This document shows, piece after piece, positions 12,214 through 23,500 of a stretch of DNA of 36,853 nucleotides (position 1 is the first letter of the stretch; every line of letters begins with the position of its first letter). Position numbers and translations under genes: made by a program. A model generated the notes under the pieces. That model made no database searches and had not been told where the DNA came from. It saw only the letters and a program-made list of their open reading frames with translations. Origin of the DNA: Catajapyx aquilonaris (Eukaryota); contig JYFJ02003874.1 of the NCBI GenBank assembly GCA_000934665.2, positions 1-36,853 on the forward strand. The letters run 5' to 3'.

Positions 12214-15200
12214 TTCCCCCCCTCATCATCCGTGAGCTTGGCTTCCATCTTGCTCCGGACCAATCCGGGCTTCCCATTTGACTTCCCCTCCACCCCCCTC
12301 TCAACCTCTCACTTCCCTCAACAACAAATCTCTCCAGCTCTTCCCCCAAAATTCGGAGCCATCTTCCTCACTTCTTTTACTTGGGCCCTATCCACATACA
12401 TACACTTTTTTTTTCTAATAAAGAAAAAGGCAGGGGGGATGGGTGTTGACCCAAAGATTTTTCTACCATTTGGCACACCTTGTTTGCAGACGGGGGAGGT
12501 TTTTCTTTTTTCATCGATATCTTCGGAACAAAAAGTCTAATGCTTGTGTCAACCTCTCTCAGAAAAGGTGTCCGGATCTGATGTCGAAGAATATACGGAG
12601 GAAGGGAAAAAAAAATGTTGGGGGAAGATGAAAACTGTGGTAAAGTCACGATTTTCTTTGGGGGAAGAGGCTTTGGGAGGGGGGGGGGGGAGGAGGAGGA
12701 AAAAGAAACCTTCGCCTTGCCTTTTTGGGGTTTCTAATGACAAACACGCGCCTGGATTTTCCGGGCTGTGTACTGAAACTGACTTCGTAATGCCACGAAA
12801 TTGAGTGGCCTAAAAAGTTTGTCTAAGTTCTGAAGAATATCCTTCTAGGATGGCGTCTGACTAAAAATAAAAGTTGCTTTATATATAAGAAATTGCATTA
12901 AAAATATATTTAACATGACCTGTAGGGCGTCATATTTACATTTCATAGCGTTGCAATGTCAGCCCTGGATTGTTTATACCCTTGCCCTCTTGGTAAACAA
13001 ATGCTTTGTTATGAAATAAAAATAGAGCTATTCAACAGGCTTGTGCCACATGCGCTGTTATCAAATCCGGTAGCAGTTGACACTAAGAATCGGGTGTTCT
13101 TATGGTCAACATTTCGGCTTCTTTTGAAAGTCTGCCCAGTAGGGGCCAAAGTACAGGATTTGTCACTTGGCCGCTGCACAAAAGGAAACAGTTGACTGAT
13201 GATAGGCCTCAGAGGCACGCTAATGGAGAGGAGGATGTTGTTTGGTCACGTTATGGGAGCGATTTATGTCCACCGGTAAAATTCACAGAAATAACATTGG
13301 CTGAGCAATGAGACTGGTACACTAACCTCTGCGCAATGTCACATGCTTTACAGGCAGCCTTCGATGTGTAGTACAAGCAACAGTCGCGGTATATGTTGGA
13401 CACTGACTGGGTCACAAAGCTGTGGTTATCTATTCCTGATAGTACTGGAGCGGGCGTGATTTTTCCATCTGGCACTGATCTTAGCTTCCTACTCGCACCG
13501 CCAGGTTGCGGAGGCACACATGTGCTCTGTTCAATGTTTCCGCGAATGCCGTGGGTCGCAAACTTGACCGTGCTTCCCAGGCTTGGACCCACTATACCCG
13601 AACATACTCGCCTAACACAAAAATGTATTTTCAAAACTTTTAATTAAATAAATATATAAGATAAAAAGGCAACCTCGGCTCTATGGTCCCATTAAAACCG
13701 GAGTTGAAAATTGAGTGGGAACTTATGTTATAAACACATTTAGTTATACGATAAGCATTACAGCCTGAGCAGGGCTCGTAACCCTACAACCCGGGGCCAA
13801 CCCCCCCCAACGAAGCCATCTCAATTTCACTTCCGGAAGGGGGACATTTTCCGCTCCGGGTTAAGGGTCATTCCCCGGAAAAACTCTCTGCGACCGACTC
13901 CTAACGAGACATTACGACCCTTTTTCTCGAAAAGAAGAGGAAACCAGACATTTTTGAGGACCCCCGCAAGCAGCCCCAGGGTAAATAACCCGTGGGCAGC
14001 CAAAGTCATTTAGTTTGGTGGGGAGGACTGGCCATAAGGAATGACCCAATGTTTCTCTCGGACTGCGGACAGATGGGTCCGTCTGCTGGATGGATGGATG
14101 GTGTCGAAGGTTTTTGTGGGGGGGAACGGGGGGATGTCTGGTTTTAGGACAACTGCGAACAGGACGTGCTGGGTTGGGTCAGAGGTCGAGGGTTGTCTGA
14201 GCATAAATCAAGCAATTAGTGCTCAACTAGGAGGGTGATGGCTTGGAATTTTTGGACCAGGTGTAAAGGTTCTGGGATACAGGATATGTGCAGTACAGGG
14301 TGTTCCAATGGTTGTGAAATTTATTGCAATTGATATTGAAAACAGTGTCCACACCTCGAGCGTGACAGACCAAACATTGTTATCTTTCGGAAGTAAACAT
14401 CCGTCATTAATGACCCGGCTTATTCTCAGGAGGAAGGTCTAGGTTGGACAAGGCCAAGAGTAATTCAGATGCACTGGTGCATGTCCAGATGCTCCATTTG
14501 GGGGCTGATGGGGTTGTAAGGGAAAGGGATCATTCATCCCTTTTGGCGAAAAGGGTGACCAATCCCTCCTGGGGTTATTGCAAGCAAATCTTGCAAGCTC
14601 GGACGCCTTTCCTGATGTGATGATTTTCGTGATTAGTGTCAGCTAAATATTAATAATGGTGGTCGGTAGTAAATTAATTTTATGCTTGAACTGTTACCAA
14701 ACACCAAAATGTTGAAACCTCTTAACAATGATAGATTCCGCACCTTCTTCCAAAGTCCGCGCACATTTTGTATGAATGATCATGATGCCCAAACCTAAAG
14801 TTTAATATTCTGGGGAACAAATCTTAGGAAATTTTCTTCTCTCCCTTGCCTCCTTCCTGAAACTTTCCTTGCATGAAAGGTGTTTGGATTGAGCCGAGAA
14901 GGCCAACCTCCCCCCTACCCAACACCCTACCTCAAAACCTCCAAAATTTATTGCCAGGAAGAAGGGGCTTCTGGGGGCCAGGCGTGATTAATGGCAGCTC
15001 CCCTGATTTATCGCCGACTAACGAACGACTCCATTTTCTGCCGCTTCTGACTTTTCGCAGATAATGACGCCGCTCGCTGGGGTGAATTAGGCCCACTTGA
15101 CAACCATTGCCTTGTTTCCATGCCATTGTGTCTAGCAATTTGTGTGGCTGCGCTCCAACAGAAAATAATGTACAAATCGCCCCTTTCATCCCCCCAAAAA

Positions 15201-16338
15201 AATCTGATTTCAAACAGGGCGCGTAAAAAGCGGTTTAATTACGGACCCCCGGTATATTGGCGTCTCTCCCAAACTCTCTGTGAGATGAAATTTTTATCCC
15301 TTTGTCGAATTTGGAGCGTTCGATTCGACGGGCGAATCCACCCAATTGTAGGGGTGGAAATGACTCGTGCAAAATGGCGTCCTCCAAGTGCCTCACATTT
15401 GTGGTGTGACTACATGGTGATTCAAAAACTCCAAACAATGTTGTCTATAATATGGATATTATTATTTACCAAGTTGGCTGTTGCTTATTCGGAATTACCA
15501 AAAAAAAAAAAAAAAAATGGCGTTCTCCATACGAGCAGGGTTACCAGATGAAGTTGCCTCTGAGTGGATATCCCTGTCTTTTCTCTCCCCTTAACCTTTT
15601 CTTTATATCCCTTTGGGCTCTCTCTCTCTCCAGTTCCCCTCCCCAACCTCCGGAATATACGGATAGGAAGAGAGGTGGGCCATGGAGGCGGTCCATCGCG
15701 CCCTCAAATCCGGATAATCCCCGCCAAAGCCCGTCGGCACAGCTCATTTCCCTGCTCGCTTCCCACCTCCACTCTCTCACTCTCTCGGATCTCTGGACAC
15801 GGCACACAAACATAGCACCACCTCTCCGATAAAACAAAAAAAAATATGGAGAAGAAAAATACGGGGTGCAGATGGGTTTTATGAAACAGTTATGTGTCAG
15901 GCGGATACAGAAGAAAAAAAGATCATTTGTAACCGTAAATTTGCAGGCAATATGTAGTAATTACAGAAGATATCAAAATGTAGCTATTTCGATATGATGC
16001 TGTCCCACTGATGTACAGTACATGTAAAGTCAAAGACACATTGTTGCAATTGTAATGACAGTTCAGTGTCATTGGAATTTTTTAATGATGGGGGATAGCA
16101 TCTAATGAACCGGTGATGCACTGAACTACTGTGCAGCATGTAATACATTTTAATCTACTCGTATACAGTCAGGTTTTATTGATTGAGTTCTATTTCGATG
16201 ATGCTGAACTGAAATTACTGCAATGTAGTTGAATTACTGCTAGTTTGAATATTGTCGCATATTAATTTTTATTATTTGATTTTAGATTGTACCTCAGAGG
16301 ACATCATTTTCTCTCGGGGGAGATGGACACAATATAAC

Positions 16339-16414
16339 CTGGCACACTCTCTACAAGCTTGAGAGTCAGAAACTTAGAAGTTTCTGACTCTCAAGTCTGT
16401 GTACAGTGTGACAG
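16339..16414. repeat. Hairpin with perfect 18-bp stem
   Basis: CTTGAGAGTCAGAAACTT-AG-AAGTTTCTGACTCTCAAG (16358-16395), with an imperfect outer stem CTGGCACACT/AGTGTGACAG. Confidence 0.9.
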
Positions 16415-19400
16415 ACATACAAAAAATACAGAATAATCCTTCTTGATCCTAATTCAAACCTTGTCAATCCTATAACACACACATTGAATAAATTATATAC
16501 TTCTTGTTTGTATAGCACATTTACTTAAAATTACATTTTGAGCTTTGAAAAAGAGGGGAGTGAAACCAAATACACATCTATCGGGGTCCAAAAAAAACTT
16601 AGTAAAAAAGTATTTAGAAAAAGCAAATCTCGCCTGATGTTAATTTCACAGTATAACTTATTTTCCTACCTTCGTGGATTCAGATATGTGTCCCAAGTTT
16701 ACGACGAGTAATAATTGGACTTGCAGTGAGAGATCCATTGTACATAATATACAGTACGGTACTGTATAGTTTAGTGGTTTTTGATCAGAATAATGGAAAT
16801 TGTAGTAATTCTAGCTTCCTGAGCTCTGTAATCTCCTACCGCGTTCCTTTTACATAGTAACATATTGTAGTAATTTTGGCAAGTTCAGATTAGTGACAAC
16901 TCAATATTAAAAAGCAGGCATTTTTATAGACTTAAAATATTTACTTAGCCCCCAAAACGTAGCATGAAGCAGAATTTTTCACTGTATTTTTTTTTTCAGG
17001 CCTGCACATAGCCAAACTTCATCGCGTCTCATCACATGGTATAAGTGCTGTGTTACATTGTTTTTTATGTTTTCCAACGTCTCGTCGGTGCTGATGAAGG
17101 CTACTTTTTACCATCTTCTTCGTGAACTATTATTACGCAGAGCCCCTCGATTTTGTAAATGACCCATCGCTCAGTGTCGACAGGATCAATTTCATGCGCC
17201 GCAGGTCACTCCTTTCACACGCTGTGACCCCGCATGTCAATTTAGCCATCATCCTTCACACCCCCTTCTTAATCCAAAATCTGGTGCTGCTGGGGAAGCT
17301 ATCCGATTTGTATCAGTTCTGGAAAACCCGTTGTGTCAACCCCCAAAATCCTTCCGGCGTCGACAATGCCTGCCTAAAATGACCCACATGACTCCCCCCC
17401 CCACCAGTAATTCCCAAGCCGAGAGAAGGGTCACTCGACCCTCTTCAGCAGTCTGAAAGAGAGGGTGTGCTGGTCAACCACTGAGATGACTTTACCATCT
17501 GCTGGTCTCCCCCTCTCGGCGCGGACACTGCTGCTGGACACGGCCGATTTGTCTTTGCTTGGGTCAAGAGAGGGGTCACTGCAGAGGATGGCAGGTTTCA
17601 AGAAGGTGTGACATCCCTTCACGCCCCATTCATTTTATGGTCATTAGTCTCTAGGGACGTCCTGAAATTGGATGACCCTTTTCGGAAATGTTGCACGCGG
17701 TTGTCACGCTGCCCTCTTACCAGTGGCTTCAAGAGCCAGATAATAATTAATGTATATATCATATTTTAGCAAAATAATACCGTATACTGCCACCTTTAAA
17801 ACCCATTGGTTGACTCTAAGCTGTTTATTAATTATTTACGTATTACCCAGTGCCAATTTCAGGTGGAATTGAAGCATCTTACAGGCCGCACTTCCCATCA
17901 GCAGGATAATGACCCATTCTGAAGTACTTGCAGCTGACGTCAGTGGTTGAACCCATTTGACTGTAATTATCTCATCTGTTCGTTAAAATATTTACAGGCT
18001 TACAGCTATACATCCTATAAAATTTGATTTCCAAGCAGCTCAGTGAAAAATAATCGCTAACATCTAACTTACTTACACTTCGATTGGACCGGTCACACAA
18101 TGAACTTGGTTTTTTCGCGCGATTTGCACAACTCTCCAGAAATGTCCCATAGCTAAGCGGTAGGCCAAGTGCAATGTTTTAGTGTGGAATTTTTGAGTTG
18201 CTGTTGTTGAATTATTTTGCTCGAAAAATAACATCGAAATTGAACTTGAGCACTTTAATTCATTGATACACGCAGTATGTCTCAGAAATGTTGATTCGGT
18301 CATTTATAACTTGAGCAAATCCTACTTAAATCGTTCAAATTTTGAGGCTTTACAACTAAAATCAACCAGTTCCAGGGGTACCTTATAATGTTATAATCAT
18401 GAGCCAACTTTCACTCAAATTGTTATTTTTATGCGAATATTTTTAAGGTGTACATCCAGCACAGTTACATATTAATTACAACTACTGTTAATCTTAATTT
18501 AGTGTTTATTGTTATGAAAATATTAAGACCTGTCGCTTCCATTCTCATTCGCAAAATTTAAATTATTTTAAAAATGACACCTATCCCCCTCTTCAAACGA
18601 ATGCCCTTTCCAACATGGCGTCACTGCCAGCTCCGTAGAAATGCATATTCCTGCTAGGCTCAAAATTCGCTAATGCTGGGTTCGGTTTTTCGGCACGTTT
18701 TAGCCCCCCGATAGCTTGCCGCAACCGAACTTATCCGCCCCTAAACCTGCAGGAACACCATGGACCCAAGCTATACTCAGCAGCATGCAGCTACACTGAA
18801 TCGACCCGACCTTTTTTTTTCTTCTTCTTCTTTCTGCGAGGCTTCCGGATAGATCCGGGAACCCATCTTTGTTCCGGGGTTGCAAGTTATCCACCCCTAA
18901 GACCGTACATATTATATCTCCAAACCTTTAAAAAATGTGGCCTGTAGAAAATTACACTTGAGAAATTATTGTGCATCGGACTATCAATGAGTCCCGGCGG
19001 AAACTAATCGCAACAAAAACCTGCTATAATGTAATCGATCAACCTGGGCCCTCCCCCTTTCCACCATTCATTCTTTGCATATGCGGGATATTATGTTTAA
19101 CAGGGCCTAATTTGCAATTCAATGGGCTTGCATTTTCAGTCACAGGACCCTCCCCCATCCGGCCCCATCATCTATAATCGGAATAACGATTCTTAGAACA
19201 CAAATGCCCCACGCGGCCTATTGGGAAAATGCACAATGTAAGCTATTACCGATATGTTGGTTATGCAACGCGCCATCTTGCTCGCGTTTGTCTAGGGATC
19301 ACTTTAAACGTCGACACCGTAATTAGGAGGCGGCTCTTGGCATTGGTGACAGATTTACACGCTTTTGAGGATTTGTCGACATGCAAAAAAAATAACAAGG

Positions 19401-21251
19401 AGAAAAAGCAGGCCCGACAAAAAAAAAATTGTTTTCAGCAGTCTCTGATGTGTACGTGTGTTTTGGTCGAATATTAATAATGCGCAGTATCTGATTGATT
19501 GAATCATGCGTAAGCAAAGTGGTTGGTAATCAAATCCCGAGTATCCGATGCTGGAAAGTCATACTCGAATTGTTTACATTTTGGGTGCAATTTCCTAGTC
19601 GGCTTGGGGGACAAAAAAGCGAAATTGAACAGATGGCTCCCGGGCCACAGTTAATAACTAGATACTAACATGTCACCCTTCCAGTGCAGTGGCACAAATT
19701 CTTAACTGCCCCATTTAGATAACCTCTCTCAAAAATAAGTTCAGATTCACATACTTATTTACTACAACCATATTATTTATTCGCTGGTATCCTCAAATTG
19801 AAGTGGCATGTGGCTAAAATAATGATTAAATAATACTGCACATTATGCGGCTCGAACTATGCTGATACTGAACAGGATGAGAAATTATATAAGTTATACA
19901 ATTAATTGCAAGCTTTGATATGAATTTCGGCATGTATTAATTGAACCGGCAATAGCGTGGATGTTAATTTTCAATAAAATTTTGACGCTAAGTAATATCT
20001 GATTTCAGTAACTATAATATGTAGGCTTATGATGACTTCAACTGAGAAGAAGGTAGCCTATATAAACCTATCATTTTATGGCTAAGACTCTATTGGCCGG
20101 CATTATAATTAGGCTATTACTGAGAAAATTTCTAGCACTGATGTGGATAAACAAACCGCAGCATTGCAAAATAATTATATGTTTACACAAGCTACAAATA
20201 CACTAATAATAAATTACATGACTACATAATAATTATAATCTCACAGTTGCACAATGCACTAATGAAATTAGTATATGAGTTTACCGCTTTATATATTTTG
20301 CCAAAAAGGCGGTGTTTGTACTGCAGTATTCTCCTACTGCATGTACTATACTATATCGCTCAAAAACATAGAGACAATTTGGTACTATTTATTTGGCAAG
20401 TGCAAGTTACACTTGAGTAAAATGCAAAATCGTCTCTATGTTTGTGAGGGCCATATAGTACCTGCTGGTACAGTGCTTGCATCACCTGGTTTATCACTAG
20501 TAATTTACCTTGAACTAAATAGATAAACATATGTTCAGTCTGTATTATCGTCGAATTGCGCGTCTTCAGGTCATGTAAATATATTGTTAGGCAAATTCGG
20601 AAACGAAACAGTTCCACTCGAACAACACTGCACTACATAACCTGGCTTTTACTGCAGTAAATCACTAACATTAAATTGAATACATGATACCTTGAGAAGG
20701 AAAAGTCCCAGTAATTTCGGCATAATTGTATTTAAAAAACATTTCCGATTATACCGGTAAACGAAGCAACAGCCGAGTTTCGTTTGCGCAATGACACTTA
20801 AGAATCTCAGGTAAACACCCTGTGCTGCAAGATGTGACAGCTCAATCGCATTAAAATATGTGTCTAAATCGTAGGCCGATTACAACACACCCAGCACATC
20901 CACTAGCCAAAACAAGCGGCTTACATCTTCATGCTTTGTAACTCCAGTCAAGGCAGGGCACGAGGCCCGCCATTGCCGGCTGCCGGTATATTAGGCCTAG
21001 CATAACAATATTCCATCAGCACACGACAATCAACCTGCATTTTTCTTGAACCGACCATGCATATTGCGCCACAAAATTGGACACTTCTAAGGTCACTGAC
21101 CTCATTCTTTGGGGGGTCAATAACATTTTTAGCAATTTCCCAATATTCAACCACATATGAGTTGGGGCCAAAATTTACGTCTCGAGTTAACAGTCTGGAC
21201 ACGACAATAGGAAATAATAGGAATGGGATGGCTCACTTTTCCTGAACTGAC

Positions 21252-21564
21252 CTCTCTTGATCTTGTCGACGGTCTCTTGCAAATTGCAAGCCACGTTGGA
21301 CCCAGCATGTTGGCTGACCGCCTGAGACAACGAGGTCGGCTCAGTCTGCTGTTGCTGTTGTTGCAGAGGGTGCTGTGGGTGCTGCTGGGTCGTCGCGGTC
21401 ATAGAATCACCCTGATGCTGCTGGTGATGCGGGTGATGTTGAGGTTGGTGGTGCTGCTGGTGGTGATGGTGCTGCTGGTGAGGGTCCACGCTCCCGACCA
21501 GATCCTGAAGACACAGGCTGTCGTTGAGTCCACCGTTGAGGGTACTGTGACCCAACGTATCCAT
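21252..21564 (-). CDS. Pitx: Pitx/Ptx1 coding exon 1a (N-terminal His/Gln-rich region)
   Basis: ATG in ACCATGG context with an in-frame TGA 9 nt upstream. Reads MDTLGHSTLNGGLNDSLCLQDLV...QETVDKIKR, then donor AG|GTCAGT at 21251. The 313 nt length gives phase 1, matching the phase-1 acceptor of the homeobox exon (junction reads [11 protein letters not shown]). Confidence 0.85.
21350..21481 (-). repeat. Coding CAG/CAC/CAT-rich low-complexity repeats (poly-His/Gln)
   Basis: HQQHHHHQQHHQPQHHPHHQQHQ and QQQQQQ tracts in exon 1a. Confidence 0.9.
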
Positions 21565-21989
21565 GGTAAATCAATTAGGTAACCCTCTCCACCCACGCCC
21601 CTCTCCTCCTTAAGCCGTCCCTTTCAAAATCCGACAAATGGTGGGGGCCCCGGGTAATTCCAGGGTCCGTTTTTTTTTCTCTAGACAAGGCCCCCCAGGG
21701 CGGCCCCCGGATTTTGTCCTTTTAGTGTGTGTGTGTGTTGCCCCAGGTCGGGCCAAGGGGTTGTACTTCACTCCGGTTTTGACTGTGGATTTGTCCTGGG
21801 CGTTTAGCGGATTTGCGGAGATTTCACGGGGGGCAGTATCAAGCGACTACGTGGGGTAATACAAACCCCACCACCCCACACCCACCACCTCCACCCCCCA
21901 CGTTTTCCACCAGGAAACCTCACCACACAAAACCCCCACTGGAAAACCGTCAGATCCACCAAAAGATCACAGTCTAATCTGGGCGAGCT

Positions 21990-22480
21990 CACGCCGCGAT
22001 TTAGAGCTAAGTCCACCTCTATATATCATTCGGGGGGGAAAACCAGGAGAGGAGGAGAAAAAAAATATATAGGGGGGGAGGGGGGGTAGCAGGTGGGGGG
22101 GAAATGGGGGGGAAAAAGAGTAGGGGGGGTGGACTACTCTCCGCAATATAAGAACTGTTAGTGCTGCTAGATACCGAGCGAAACACTGGCAGAAGCTACA
22201 AGGCCCAATATACATTATTCCACGCCATGAACTCTCCCTGCTCCCCCCCCTCCCCCCTGCTCCCCCCCTAGTCCTCTCCACCCGCTCCCTTCACTATAAG
22301 CGCCGCCCATTTTCCTATTGGCCAGGTTACGTCATTGCAACTAGGGAGCCAATAGGAGGAGAGAGGGGAGAGCGACCAACCCTGGGAGTGGAGATACTAA
22401 AAAGGCGGTGGGGAGAGGAGGGGTGCTATGGGGGGGAAGGGGAAGGGGGGGAATTATGGCTGCATTAGAAAATGGCGAGA
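21990..22480 (-). promoter_or_regulatory. Putative Pitx exon-1a promoter region
   Basis: G/C-run-rich region 0.4-0.9 kb upstream of the ATG. Contains two inverted CCAAT boxes (22314-22321, 22349-22356) around a CRE-like TTACGTCA (22327-22334), GAGAG repeats, a YY1/Pho-like AAAATGGCG (22469-22477) and a TATATA at about 22020-22026. The TSS cannot be determined from sequence. Confidence 0.5.
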
Positions 22481-22881
22481 GATGAGTCAACGTTTTGGTT
22501 CGGGCTTTCCGGGAGCTTGAGTGGAGACTTAAGAAAAAGACNGATGGAGGGCGAAGGTTACGGGAGATATTTTGGGGGGAGACGTTCTTTGGCGGGGTTC
22601 GGAGTGGTAGGAAGGGGTGATTGAATTTTTATTGTTGTTTGGACTGATAGGTGAGGCTGAGGGCAAGATACATGATGCAGAATTAATTTATAAACATGTG
22701 TACATTTTTTGGCCTGTATACTTAACGCTATAGAATGTATAGTTAAGTACAGCAGGCCAAGATGCTGCATAAACACCCATCTTGGTACAGGCCAATAAAT
22801 GTACACATGTTCTAGAATAGTCTATATCTAAGATAATACGAAGATCACTGATCCGGAAACATCCGGAAAGTAGAGGCTACT

Positions 22882-23113
22882 TTATAATTGATATTAAGGA
22901 GGTTGGCCCAGCTTTGCCATTCAACCTCCAAGGATAGGGAAGGAAGGAAGCGGCTGTGGCCTATTATACGGAAACGACCCCGGAATTATCCTAGAAAGAC
23001 CGTGGAAAACCACAGAAAACCACGGTCAGGGTTGCCGGCCCCGGGATTCGAACCCAGGACCTCCCGATTAGCAGTCGGACGCGCCCTATCCCCTATGCCA
23101 ACCTGCTTCGGTC
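22882..23113 (-). mobile_element. tRNA-derived SINE (family B) with perfect 14-bp TSD
   Basis: A box TGGCATAGGGG and B box GGTTCGAATCC. TSD AAGTAGAGGCTACT at 22868-22881 and 23114-23127. Confidence 0.85.
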
Positions 23114-23236
23114 AAGTAGAGGCTACTATAGTGCAGCAATTAGGCTGACGTGAGATCTATCTCTAATGCGTAAATAATTAAACTAGTGCACATACCGTAA
23201 TAAAACAGTTTGGTGCAGAATAGACTATTTATAGAG

Positions 23237-23500
23237 TTTTTATTACCACGTGGTATGGCCAGGGGCCCTCTTGGGGAGCGGGGGGTTCCCAATGGAGGGC
23301 GCTCCATTTCAGGCTATCTTAAATACCAGACCTTTTCTCTTGGCCGTGGGCAGAGAAGGGAGTGCAATTCTGCCCGGACATGTCGGGTGAATAGCGGAAA
23401 AAGACCCGACCAAGCGAAGGTGACGGAGACGGGTTTTGAACGCCTGACCTCCCGCTTGGCTGGCCAGTAGCATAGACACTAACTAGACCATCATCATCCC
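23237..23500 (-). mobile_element. tRNA-derived SINE (family C, copy 1)
   Basis: Reverse complement aligns by eye along its length with 33375-33590. A box TGGTCTAGTTA, degenerate B box CGTTCAAAACC. Confidence 0.75.

Noticed and set aside
21187..21251. C-terminal part of listed ORF 21187-21564 (GQFRKSEPS...)
   Set aside because: Lies past the phase-1 donor at 21251, so it is intronic.
21223..21582. Leu/Val-rich + strand ORF resembling a membrane protein
   Set aside because: Antisense shadow of the His/Gln codon repeats in exon 1a.
23030..23113. tRNA-like sequences (also near 5340-5416, 33375-33420, 35718-35780)
   Set aside because: No proper acceptor stem or Pol III terminator. They continue into SINE bodies and tails.
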